From the sequence record NC_074632.1: a DNA stretch of 23,666 nt. The stretch is one strand, 5' to 3'. The notes under the pieces were generated by a model. The model was given only the letters and a program-made list of their open reading frames with translations. It searched no databases and was not told the DNA's origin. This document shows positions 7,423-15,517 of the stretch, piece after piece (position 1 is the first letter of the stretch; each line of letters opens with the position of its first letter). Position numbers and translations under genes: made by a program.

Positions 7423-7526
7423 CCTTAAAAGCTAATATATTGTTTTTTTATTTTTCTATTTTGCGTTTTAGTCCAATCTATATCTGAAAATTTTGTTTTA
7501 AAAATGTAAACATGAATAACTAAACC

Positions 7527-7751
7527 ATGATTGAAGAATATTTAAGACAAAAGGGCTTTGAGCCCCATTATATTTCAATTTTGAAAGAATTTCTGATTGA
7601 AATAAAAGAAGCATTAGATGAGAACGTTAGTAATTACGATTTAGACGAAATTATAAATTCTATCATCGAATATTTTGCAATAACATATAAATTACAAAAA
7701 ACAGATCTTTACCAACTTGTGAACGATGCGATACAAGACGGTGTTGTATGA
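7527..7751 (+). CDS. Acidic 74-aa protein, possible second truncated MCP-fold paralogue
   Basis: 15/68 ungapped identities to MCP 59-126 with conserved hydrophobic pattern. Confidence 0.6.
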   Translation: MIEEYLRQKGFEPHYISILKEFLIEIKEALDENVSNYDLDEIINSIIEYFAITYKLQKTDLYQLVNDAIQDGVV

Positions 7752-8771
7752 ATGGCAAAAACGCTTATCTTAACTATGGGCTATGCGTCTGTTAAGAATG
7801 TCGCTGAAGACATCGCAACAGTCGTGGGCAATGCAACTGTTGATGTTGAGCCTGCGTTGTATTTACAAAATATAAATAAATTTGATAAACTTATTGTTTT
7901 TGTTCCGTTTGTCCCCTCACTTTTAAACAATTATCTGTTGGTTTATAATAATTTTCAAGGCGAGAAATATTTCTACACAACCGCAGACGGCGTACCGTTG
8001 TTGAATGGCGTAAATGAATATATTGCAAGAAATATAAAATATATACCAAATTCTCAGTTTTCTGCAGAAAATCTAAAATCTGCCAATCTTGATGTGGATA
8101 TTCCAGTTTTTCATGGCGTAAACTTCGACATAGTGAAGAAGGCAGAAGAATTAGTTCCAAAAATGAGAGAAAAACTTGACCATGATTTTCCAGATAGTGT
8201 GAAAATCGGTATTGTTTCAGGTATGACGAGACGCAAAAACATCGATTTGTTTGTCGAAACAACCAGATTTCTGAACGAAAAAATGTCAGATATTGCGAAA
8301 AATATACATTTCTTTGTAATTTCGCATAAAGATTTTCAGAAATTGGACGTACCACAAAACGTTCATTTTGTTGCGCAATTTGGATATCAAAGTAGAGAAA
8401 AAGTATTTGCGTTTTACGGTGCGATGGACTATGTATTTGTTCCATCGGGATGTGAAGGATTTGGATTGCCAGTTCTAGAGGCGATGGCGATGGGCACTCC
8501 TGTAATTCACATGGCTATACCGCCATTCACTGAATTTACATCGTGGCAGTGGAATTTTCTGTTTAAAGATGAGGATGTGGAAAGATATTACGATAAGGAC
8601 CATGGTCAAACATGGAAAATCCATCGATTCACACCGGAAACTGGCGCACTAGCGATTTCGACGGCAGTGATGTCGGTTGATAGGGAGGAAAGAAGCAGGA
8701 GACTGAGAGATTTAGCTAAAAAATATGATATTAGGTTTTTATACAAGAGATTTTTAGAGAGTTTCGAATAG
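7752..8771 (+). CDS. GT-B (GT4-like) glycosyltransferase
   Basis: PSGCEGFGLPVLEAMAMGTPVI (Ex7E motif). Confidence 0.92.
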   Translation: MAKTLILTMGYASVKNVAEDIATVVGNATVDVEPALYLQNINKFDKLIVFVPFVPSLLNNYLLVYNNFQGEKYFYTTADGVPLLNGVNEYIARNIKYIPNSQFSAENLKSANLDVDIPVFHGVNFDIVKKAEELVPKMREKLDHDFPDSVKIGIVSGMTRRKNIDLFVETTRFLNEKMSDIAKNIHFFVISHKDFQKLDVPQNVHFVAQFGYQSREKVFAFYGAMDYVFVPSGCEGFGLPVLEAMAMGTPVIHMAIPPFTEFTSWQWNFLFKDEDVERYYDKDHGQTWKIHRFTPETGALAISTAVMSVDREERSRRLRDLAKKYDIRFLYKRFLESFE

Positions 8772-9698
8772 GGCATAGACCGTGCATGGACCTGTCGCCC
8801 ATGCGTAAATGTTAGATGGATTGTTAACTGAAAATTCCAAACTATCATTTGGCAAAATTGGAAAATTATTGTAAAGTTTGTTTCCAATATATACAATATA
8901 ATTAGAAAGATTTTGTAATATGATTTTTACAGTTTCTAGCGATGGACCTGAATAAATTGGTGACGGTGTTGTTGAAATTTGCAGTTGAAGACCTTGTATT
9001 GCAGGTGGGCTCATGTACATTGTCAATTTATTGATTGCGCTTGACAGTGAGTTCATGGATAAATAAATATACGCAAGTGCGTAAAGTAGGGCGTCAGTAA
9101 TCGTATAGATTGCCCCAGATAGCCCTGCCGATATCTGATTTGTTAATCTTGCAGTGACTAAATACACATTATTGTAAATATTTTGCAAAATTTCTGGCAC
9201 ATACAAAGTTGGCGATATTGCGGTTTTTATCTGATTGTCAACGCCAATTATAACCTGGTAAAGATTCTGGTAAACATTGTTTATTTCGCTTTGTAATGCA
9301 TTTTGTGTTTGTGTAACTGTTCCTGCGGTCAATTTGGCAATTGCGTTATAGACGTCAGATGGCATTTGAACAACTGCATTATACAATTGTGTTTGGCTGT
9401 TTACAATTGCTTGAATTTGTTGCGAAGCAGTTGCAATAAATCCTGCAATATAGATAGGATCTTGCTCTGTTATAACGGGCTGACCTGATACGTAAACTTC
9501 ATTGTAAAAATCTCCAACTTGTGCAGTAATATTGTTTGGAACGTAAAGATTACCGTTTTGAAATAATTGCCTGTCAATAAGTGTCCCAGCAAAATATATC
9601 TGGTTCAGTTTCAAAATTGCGGTATTCCACATCGCCGATGTCAATCTCTGAAACGGCTGTACGAATAAATCTGCAAAATTGGTATATTGAATACTCAT
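8754..9698 (-). CDS. Conserved rudiviral protein (SIRV ORF309-like), probably structural
   Basis: 314 aa, Q/N-rich helical middle, beta-rich C-terminus, N-terminal LTSAMWNTAILKL motif shared with fibre-like proteins. Confidence 0.65.
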   Translation of the reverse strand: MSIQYTNFADLFVQPFQRLTSAMWNTAILKLNQIYFAGTLIDRQLFQNGNLYVPNNITAQVGDFYNEVYVSGQPVITEQDPIYIAGFIATASQQIQAIVNSQTQLYNAVVQMPSDVYNAIAKLTAGTVTQTQNALQSEINNVYQNLYQVIIGVDNQIKTAISPTLYVPEILQNIYNNVYLVTARLTNQISAGLSGAIYTITDALLYALAYIYLSMNSLSSAINKLTMYMSPPAIQGLQLQISTTPSPIYSGPSLETVKIILQNLSNYIVYIGNKLYNNFPILPNDSLEFSVNNPSNIYAWATGPCTVYALFETL

Positions 9699-9736
9699 AA
9701 TTAAAAATGTTGTGTAATAGACTTATAAATGTCATC

Positions 9737-9786
9737 GTGATGCGCAAAGCGCAGAACGTAGTGAGGTGCGTAGCACCGAACGTAGT
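9737..9786. repeat. Hairpin element copies 4 and 5 in tandem (reverse orientation, 24-bp period)
   Basis: Reverse complement reads ACTACGTTC-GGTGC-TAC-GCACC-TC|ACTACGTTC-TGCGC-TTT-GCGCA-TCAC. Confidence 0.9.
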
Positions 9787-9873
9787 GCTAGTTAGGTCTT
9801 TTAAATTTCAGTGGAAATATATTTATTATGGTGAGACATTACGAGTTTTGATAATATTTTTGGACCGGTCAGA

Positions 9874-10191
9874 TTGATAATCGATAAATTGAAAGAATTG
9901 GAAATGAGGGGTGAGGCTTACGGTTTTTCCCAATATTTGTCACAGGCAATAATTTTATTCAGGACGACAGACAATGGCGCAATATACCAAATATTCATTC
10001 CTAATTTTAGTTATTATTTTGAATTTCTTGTTGAAAAAGATCCAAAAACAAAAGCGCCTATGGTTTCAGATTATAGAATTATTTATCCTGCGCCTGTGAA
10101 GATTTCAGATAGTCAAATTATGAAAGAATTAATACAAGATTATCTTCAATTTCAAGCGATGCAGATGCAGGGTAGCGGTCAAAATGAGTGA
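9874..10191 (+). CDS. Hypothetical protein
   Basis: 105-aa ORF (TTG start, or the internal ATG of MRGEAY); stop overlaps the next start. Confidence 0.7.
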   Translation: MIIDKLKELEMRGEAYGFSQYLSQAIILFRTTDNGAIYQIFIPNFSYYFEFLVEKDPKTKAPMVSDYRIIYPAPVKISDSQIMKELIQDYLQFQAMQMQGSGQNE

Positions 10192-10432
10192 AGCCACTCT
10201 TGTTCTTACAACACTTTCTACAACTGTGACTGTGTTATTGTCAATTATTACACTTTACTATAAGATAAAAACAATGTTTCGCAATGCAGTAAAGGATATT
10301 GTAAAACAAGAATTAGACAATTTGGTCAAAGAGATTTCAAAAATAAAGCAAAAACAAGACAAACAAGAAAACGATATTGAATATCTAAAACAAGAAATTG
10401 AAGAAATAAAAAAGAAAGTTGAAAAATTATAG
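10184..10432 (+). CDS. Small membrane protein: N-terminal TM helix plus coiled coil
   Basis: Hydrophobic residues 5-26 followed by K/E/Q heptads. Confidence 0.75.
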   Translation: MSEATLVLTTLSTTVTVLLSIITLYYKIKTMFRNAVKDIVKQELDNLVKEISKIKQKQDKQENDIEYLKQEIEEIKKKVEKL

Positions 10433-10639
10433 TTGTCTGTTGCTTTTTTCTCTTAATTCTTTCAATATTTTTATTACTTCTTGTGCTTTTTTGTATAAAT
10501 CTGACTTTCTAATATTTTCATCATCTACGGTTGCAAGTTCCATAGCCAAGTTGTCAAGCGCAACAAACAATTTTGCTGAAAATTCTTTATCTTGTTTTAT
10601 CTTTGGTTTTATTTCTTCTATTGTTTCTTTTTCACTCAT
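10427..10639 (-). CDS. Hypothetical helical protein (70 aa)
   Basis: ATG start coupled to the GNAT stop, SD AGGTGA, K/E-rich composition. Confidence 0.7.
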   Translation of the reverse strand: MSEKETIEEIKPKIKQDKEFSAKLFVALDNLAMELATVDDENIRKSDLYKKAQEVIKILKELREKSNRQL

Positions 10640-11153
10640 CTTTTTTCACCTCGTTTTTCGTTTTTTTGTCTTTTTCGTTTACTTCGTTCGGCACTACGTG
10701 CCTCACATTTAAATATTTTACAAAAACTGGCGTATTTGTTCTAGGCGTGTCTCCGACATATTCAAATCCTGAATTTTTATATAATGCATTTGAATGATTT
10801 GGAAAACCTAAAGTCCACAGCACTTCAATTTCATATGATTTCAGTAAATCAGATAATTTTTCAAGAAATTCTACAAGGTAATCGCCTGGGGCAGTTTTCG
10901 TAACCCTTCTAATAAAATACGATCTGTCAATTGGAATTTTGAATTTTTCTGCAACAAATCTGAATGGAATTGAATCGTTGATCCACGCAATTGCAACGAT
11001 GTAATTATCGCATTGATATGTAAAATATTTCTGGATTTTTGACGCTCCACCGCCTTGCGTTATGCCTTGAGCATGATATTTTGCAATTAGCAATCGTGAT
11101 AATTCAATATCTTTCTTATCCTGAAGTTCAACTATTTTGCATTCTTCCGCCAT
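10632..11153 (-). CDS. GNAT-family acetyltransferase
   Basis: FIRRVTK...YLVEFLEKL...EVLWTLG...NHSNALYKNSGFEYVG matches GNAT motifs A and B. Confidence 0.7.
   Translation of the reverse strand: MAEECKIVELQDKKDIELSRLLIAKYHAQGITQGGGASKIQKYFTYQCDNYIVAIAWINDSIPFRFVAEKFKIPIDRSYFIRRVTKTAPGDYLVEFLEKLSDLLKSYEIEVLWTLGFPNHSNALYKNSGFEYVGDTPRTNTPVFVKYLNVRHVVPNEVNEKDKKTKNEVKKDE
10681..10706. repeat. Hairpin element copy 6 (inside the GNAT 3-prime end)
   Basis: ACTTCGTTC-GGCAC-TAC-GTGCC-TCAC. Confidence 0.9.
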
Positions 11154-11194
11154 TTTCAGTATAATTATTCATAATATAACTTATAAGAATATAC

Positions 11195-11392
11195 CTAATG
11201 GTGAAAGCAGTGTGCCCAAAGATCTACGGAAACGCCAGTTGAAACAATAAGGACAATTATTGCAAATATTTTCTCTCCAGTGCTAACATTAGAAAAAATC
11301 AAAATTATAGATAAAACAATAAGAAGTAGCAAACCATACAAATCATGCATTTTTCCATGAGAAAAATAATAAAACATATCGCAGTTAGACAT
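11195..11392 (-). CDS. Small two-TM membrane protein
   Basis: LYGLLLLIVLSIILIFS and KIFAIIVLIVSTGVSV hydrophobic segments; ATG 11392 overlaps the hjc stop (alternative ATG 11350). Confidence 0.6.
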   Translation of the reverse strand: MSNCDMFYYFSHGKMHDLYGLLLLIVLSIILIFSNVSTGEKIFAIIVLIVSTGVSVDLWAHCFHH

Positions 11393-11732
11393 ATACAATT
11401 ACCTCTTTGTTGTTTTGTACAATTTCAAATTTCCATTCTTTCACTTTTTTGAAATAAACCAATACTGCAGGTTTACAATTGCAAAAAGAAAACATATCGC
11501 AAAATCGAAATAGTTTATCAATTTGGAATTTATCAACTCTCTGTGAAAGTTTTGACGTTGATTTTACTTCAATTGGAAAAATTGTGCTGTTGCGTGTTGC
11601 GATGATGTCTGGCAGTGGCTGAGAACCACTCCCAGAAACTGGAATTCTTGCAACCTTATATCCTTCATTTTTTAGAAAATCTAATGCTCTATATTCGTAG
11701 TATTTTCCCGAATTGTGGATATTAAATCTCAT
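11385..11732 (-). CDS. hjc: Holliday junction resolvase (Hjc/Hjr family)
   Basis: GKYYE...EGYKVARIPVSGSG...PDIIA...IEVKS (E-x-PD-(E)xK). SD GGTGA favours ATG 11732 over the track start of 11744. Confidence 0.93.
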   Translation of the reverse strand: MRFNIHNSGKYYEYRALDFLKNEGYKVARIPVSGSGSQPLPDIIATRNSTIFPIEVKSTSKLSQRVDKFQIDKLFRFCDMFSFCNCKPAVLVYFKKVKEWKFEIVQNNKEVIVYV

Positions 11733-11740
11733 GGTTTTCA

Positions 11741-13156
11741 TCACCTGTTGCCAACATTTTTATAATTTTTGTAGTAAAATACTGGTTTGTAGTTTTGTAA
11801 ATATACCTTTTTCTGTTCAAATTTTCTCTGTGATTGTATTTTGCCGACACCTTGTAATTGTTCCCCAAGTTGTTGCGCAAATTGAAGATCTGCGTCAGAA
11901 AGACCGTATTGTTTCCAATTTGATTTCCAATATTGCAAAAATTGGTCATACGGCAATGTCCTGGGACCTGCAGTATAGGAAAAGTTGCCGGTATATGTAT
12001 ATCTTGCGATCTGCATTATTGCGTCCGCTACCATTTTTGCGTACCAAATGTTGCTATATTTCTTATTTACAATTTTTTGTATTCTATAATACAGTTCGTA
12101 GTTTGAAATATACGTCTCGGCATAGCCAGAATTTGAAATATTTGTTGAACCTGGACCTAATTCTTGCATATGTTGTTCAAATATTTGTGCAAAAACTGAA
12201 ATTATTGCTCTTTCCGTTGACAATATTGCCGTTAATTGAATATCGTTCAGATTTTGGTCCTGTGGAAAGTCAGGCATTAAAATATTGAAATCCAGAGGCG
12301 TGATATCTAAGATTATGCCAAGTGCTTGTGAGAAATTTTGAATTTTTATATTATCGCCCAGAAGTTGGTAATTATTCTCTTCGGCAGAGAACGATGACCT
12401 GTCGAACCATGAAACGTCTAATGCCACGCCATTATCAATTATGTTATTCAGTAATGGCAAAAATGCTAACAAATATTTCGCTAAGTCTGGCAAAGAATTG
12501 AAATATTGTTGTGGTGTTGTATTTTGTTGCTGGGCTACCTTTGTCAAGGCATCAGACACCCCAGTATTTTGCGCCAAAGAATAAAGATAATTGTCAGATG
12601 TTGGAATTTGTATTTTTCCAACACCAAGATTTTCAAACGTCGTAACAGATGTTGACGTTGGTGGATTTTGGAAATAGGATTTTAATTTTTCACATGCTTC
12701 ATTATTGAAAAATGTACCAAATGCGGGAAAATAAACTGATCCATCGTAATATGTCACGTCGAATACTGCAATTTCATACAATTTTGAACAATTTTTGACA
12801 TATTGATCATAAAGAGCAGTATAATTGTTTATAGCATCTAATGTTGAAGGCGGAGATAATGTTGCTAAATTGAAAGTAAATGATTGTGTTGTGTTTGGTA
12901 TGAAATTGTTGAGAACTGATGCAGAAAAATTGTTTATTGCATTCAGAAAGTTTAGCACAATTTGTGCAAAAGCAACACCATAATTTGTATTTACGTAAGG
13001 CGGAACAACAACATTTTCAAGAGAAGATGGCAAAGTACTTGCAGTTCCGGCATTTGCCATTGCCTTAAACGCAGGAAAAGCTTTTTGTTTAAAAATCTTA
13101 TTGTAGAGATGATATTTCATTTGTGCTATTGATCTACTACCTTTTTTCTTTGTCAT
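11741..13156 (-). CDS. Minor virion protein (SIRV2 P488 / gp39-like)
   Basis: 471 aa, basic N-terminus MTKKKGSRSIAQMKYHLYNK, repeated FDVTYYD / LDVSWFD / LDITPLD motifs; next to hjc as in rudiviruses. Confidence 0.7.
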   Translation of the reverse strand: MTKKKGSRSIAQMKYHLYNKIFKQKAFPAFKAMANAGTASTLPSSLENVVVPPYVNTNYGVAFAQIVLNFLNAINNFSASVLNNFIPNTTQSFTFNLATLSPPSTLDAINNYTALYDQYVKNCSKLYEIAVFDVTYYDGSVYFPAFGTFFNNEACEKLKSYFQNPPTSTSVTTFENLGVGKIQIPTSDNYLYSLAQNTGVSDALTKVAQQQNTTPQQYFNSLPDLAKYLLAFLPLLNNIIDNGVALDVSWFDRSSFSAEENNYQLLGDNIKIQNFSQALGIILDITPLDFNILMPDFPQDQNLNDIQLTAILSTERAIISVFAQIFEQHMQELGPGSTNISNSGYAETYISNYELYYRIQKIVNKKYSNIWYAKMVADAIMQIARYTYTGNFSYTAGPRTLPYDQFLQYWKSNWKQYGLSDADLQFAQQLGEQLQGVGKIQSQRKFEQKKVYLQNYKPVFYYKNYKNVGNR

Positions 13157-13210
13157 TCTTCATCTATGTATTATTTCTCTTATTGCCACTTTTATTGCTC
13201 AATTTTCAAC

Positions 13211-13316
13211 ACTCATATTCCTTATATTAATAATATGAATGTTGCCGATACTTTTACGTGGTTTAGAAACATTATTATACCTAATATTAGGTATAATGAT
13301 ATTGCGTATTGAATTT
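13211..13316 (+). promoter_or_regulatory. 106-bp regulatory module between divergent genes
   Basis: 30-mer 13211-13240, perfect 24-bp palindrome ATTATACCTAATATTAGGTATAAT 13274-13297, CGTATTGAATTT 13305-13316. Confidence 0.75.
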
Positions 13317-13354
13317 ATTTTAATGTAGATCAATAAAATAAATGATGATAAAAA

Positions 13355-13594
13355 ATGTCAGCCAATCCGTCTGGACCTCACGGAAAGAAAGTGTCCGCTA
13401 GGATCATTAGAGCAATATTTGTTGGATCGACAATTGGAATATTTGGCGGTTTTGGATTATATTTACTTGCAGATGCAATAAACACATTATCCCACACTGC
13501 AATCGTAAGTCCTACTGGATTTTTATTACTAGGTTTTGGCGGAAGTATAGCAGGAGTAGTAGGAACAGAATTATCGAAAGATCTTGATGAATAA
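13355..13594 (+). CDS. Small Gly-rich two-TM membrane protein
   Basis: AIFVGSTIGIFGGFGLYLLA and TGFLLLGFGGSIAGVVG with GxxxG motifs. Confidence 0.75.
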   Translation: MSANPSGPHGKKVSARIIRAIFVGSTIGIFGGFGLYLLADAINTLSHTAIVSPTGFLLLGFGGSIAGVVGTELSKDLDE

Positions 13595-13639
13595 ATTCAA
13601 GTCATGCTTTTTTAAATCTTTTTCTCGAATATAACGATC

Positions 13640-15421
13640 ATGAGTAGTTTACCTTATCCTCTGAAATTCAAATTGCCACTCCAGTATCTTTCTTATCAGG
13701 ATTGGAATAATTTCGTAAATGATTTAAATACTGTTTATAATTCGCCAACTGGAGTTGCTTCTCAATATTACAGCAAAGGCAATTTGCAAAATTTAGATGA
13801 AGTTTTTGCAAAAACTCTCAATGTTGTGCAATTATACATAAATGGTTATGAAGCGCTATACAATTTGAAACAAGTACTTGCATATACTTTCGGAAATGCG
13901 TTCGCAGATTACAAACTTTACCCCCCGGTTAATTTTGCAAATATTGAGCAATTAACAAAATTACCAAGTTTTTATGTACAAAAATACAACATACCTACCG
14001 CAAAAATCCAACAAATTTCTCAGATATATAGTTTCATTTTTGAAAAAAATCTTCCATCTTTTACAAAAACAATACAAACGCTAATTCCAAAACTGACATA
14101 CAAATATTTACCTTCGGCAATTGCCGGTGGGATAACAACAATTTCAGGATCACAAACATTATCTCAAATTCTGCAAAACGAATTTGCAATTTCAAATTTT
14201 TCAACGTGGAAAGGGATAACAATTGAAAATCTAAGCAATAATAATGTTATTATTAATAATTCAGTTGTATTAATGCCAAAAAACTGTTTAAAGCTTAGTG
14301 CGTCCTCACCGTCAGAAGTTACAATTTCTGCTCAACAGCCTGCAGTAATTTCAACATTGTTAGAATTTGGAGGGATACCCGTGACCGCTTACGCAATTAC
14401 GATAACGAATAGCCAGTCTGATCCTACACCTTCCAATTTCCAACAATTATTGTCGCTTAATCTGTCAGGAATAATTTCATCATCATCACAATTACTCAAT
14501 TTAAAATTCTGCCAAGATATAAATTGCAATACACAATTATACGCATGGATTGAATATTATACCAGTGATTTGTCGACAGTATATGTTTGGGTATTGCTAC
14601 CTGGGGGTGTATCTGCAAATTCTTCAATTACGATATATATGCAAGTGGCAAATACAAATCAGTATCCTTACACTGGGATAAATTCATATTATAATACGTC
14701 ATACGATAACGGTGCGAATGTGTTTGACGCTTACATGAATTTTATGGGAACTTCACCGATACCTTCAAATTATAGCAAGTATACGAATCTTTCTACTCAT
14801 CCACAATTTGTCGCAGAAAGTGGAACAACTCCAGGATATCTTTTTACGTTTGACAATGAAGGCAGTAGTTATGATAACGTTTATATATCTGCACCAAATT
14901 CTGCTAGGACACCCGAAATATTTGAAGGTATGGCATATTACAACGGCAGTGCAGACCAGCAAGGTATTATGTTTTTCGGGGAGGAATCGTCAGGATGGTG
15001 CAATAATACTAATGAAGGAAATGCATACTATCTCTGCAACAGTTGGACAGCCGATTGGGATCCGTATGATGGAGATGCGTATATCTGGCAAGGGTCAAAT
15101 CAAGAGAATTCGTATAGCGAAAGTCTCTTTACATCTTCTGGCTACAATTTTTATCAAGTTATTGCAACCAGTGGCGAAATAATTTTCAATGGCGCAACAC
15201 CAAATAGTCCAACTACACCATACGCACAACTTGACATCCAAAATGTTTTCACTTACAGCGGAACAATTACAGTTTATGGAGATGTAGTAAGTACAATTGA
15301 AGATTCTGGCGGTGCCGATCATACGGGCTATTGGTATTATCTTAGAGCAAGAGCCTATCCGCCTAGCGGTGTAATGCCTTCTAATTCAAACCCACAGAAA
15401 GTCACCATGTATGTTGCATAA
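13640..15421 (+). CDS. Minor virion protein (SIRV2 P564 / gp33-like) with C-terminal DUF2341-like domain
   Basis: YAITITNSQ...LKF...LYAWIE...VYVWV..P.....ITIYM pattern typical of DUF2341; beta-rich C-terminus. Confidence 0.7.
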   Translation: MSSLPYPLKFKLPLQYLSYQDWNNFVNDLNTVYNSPTGVASQYYSKGNLQNLDEVFAKTLNVVQLYINGYEALYNLKQVLAYTFGNAFADYKLYPPVNFANIEQLTKLPSFYVQKYNIPTAKIQQISQIYSFIFEKNLPSFTKTIQTLIPKLTYKYLPSAIAGGITTISGSQTLSQILQNEFAISNFSTWKGITIENLSNNNVIINNSVVLMPKNCLKLSASSPSEVTISAQQPAVISTLLEFGGIPVTAYAITITNSQSDPTPSNFQQLLSLNLSGIISSSSQLLNLKFCQDINCNTQLYAWIEYYTSDLSTVYVWVLLPGGVSANSSITIYMQVANTNQYPYTGINSYYNTSYDNGANVFDAYMNFMGTSPIPSNYSKYTNLSTHPQFVAESGTTPGYLFTFDNEGSSYDNVYISAPNSARTPEIFEGMAYYNGSADQQGIMFFGEESSGWCNNTNEGNAYYLCNSWTADWDPYDGDAYIWQGSNQENSYSESLFTSSGYNFYQVIATSGEIIFNGATPNSPTTPYAQLDIQNVFTYSGTITVYGDVVSTIEDSGGADHTGYWYYLRARAYPPSGVMPSNSNPQKVTMYVA

Positions 15422-15427
15422 TGCAAT

Positions 15428-15457
15428 ATTCATATTATATATATAAGGTATATGAGT
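15428..15457. promoter_or_regulatory. 30-bp operator-like motif (reverse orientation) upstream of the largest structural gene
   Basis: ATTCATATTATATATATAAGGTATATGAGT, 27/30 to 20085-20114. Confidence 0.7.
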
Positions 15458-15517
15458 GTACTATTTTGTGCAATTGAATAAATAAGAATAATGTTTACAA
15501 ATAATGTATGATATAAT

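Noticed and set aside
5032-9488. ORFs 5032-5331(+), 7891-8445(-), 8606-8896(-), 9303-9488(+)
   Set aside because: They overlap the ATPase, glycosyltransferase or 314-aa genes out of frame or antisense, and have no motifs or ribosome-binding sites.
10419-12288. ORFs 10419-10712(+), 10573-10797(+), 11713-12288(+), 11722-11949(-)
   Set aside because: Shadow or alternate frames of the minus-strand operon.
14295-14309. GTGCGTCCTCAC as a seventh hairpin copy
   Set aside because: It has no complementary stem and no CGTTC flank; CCCTCAC near 7914-7920 fails the same way.
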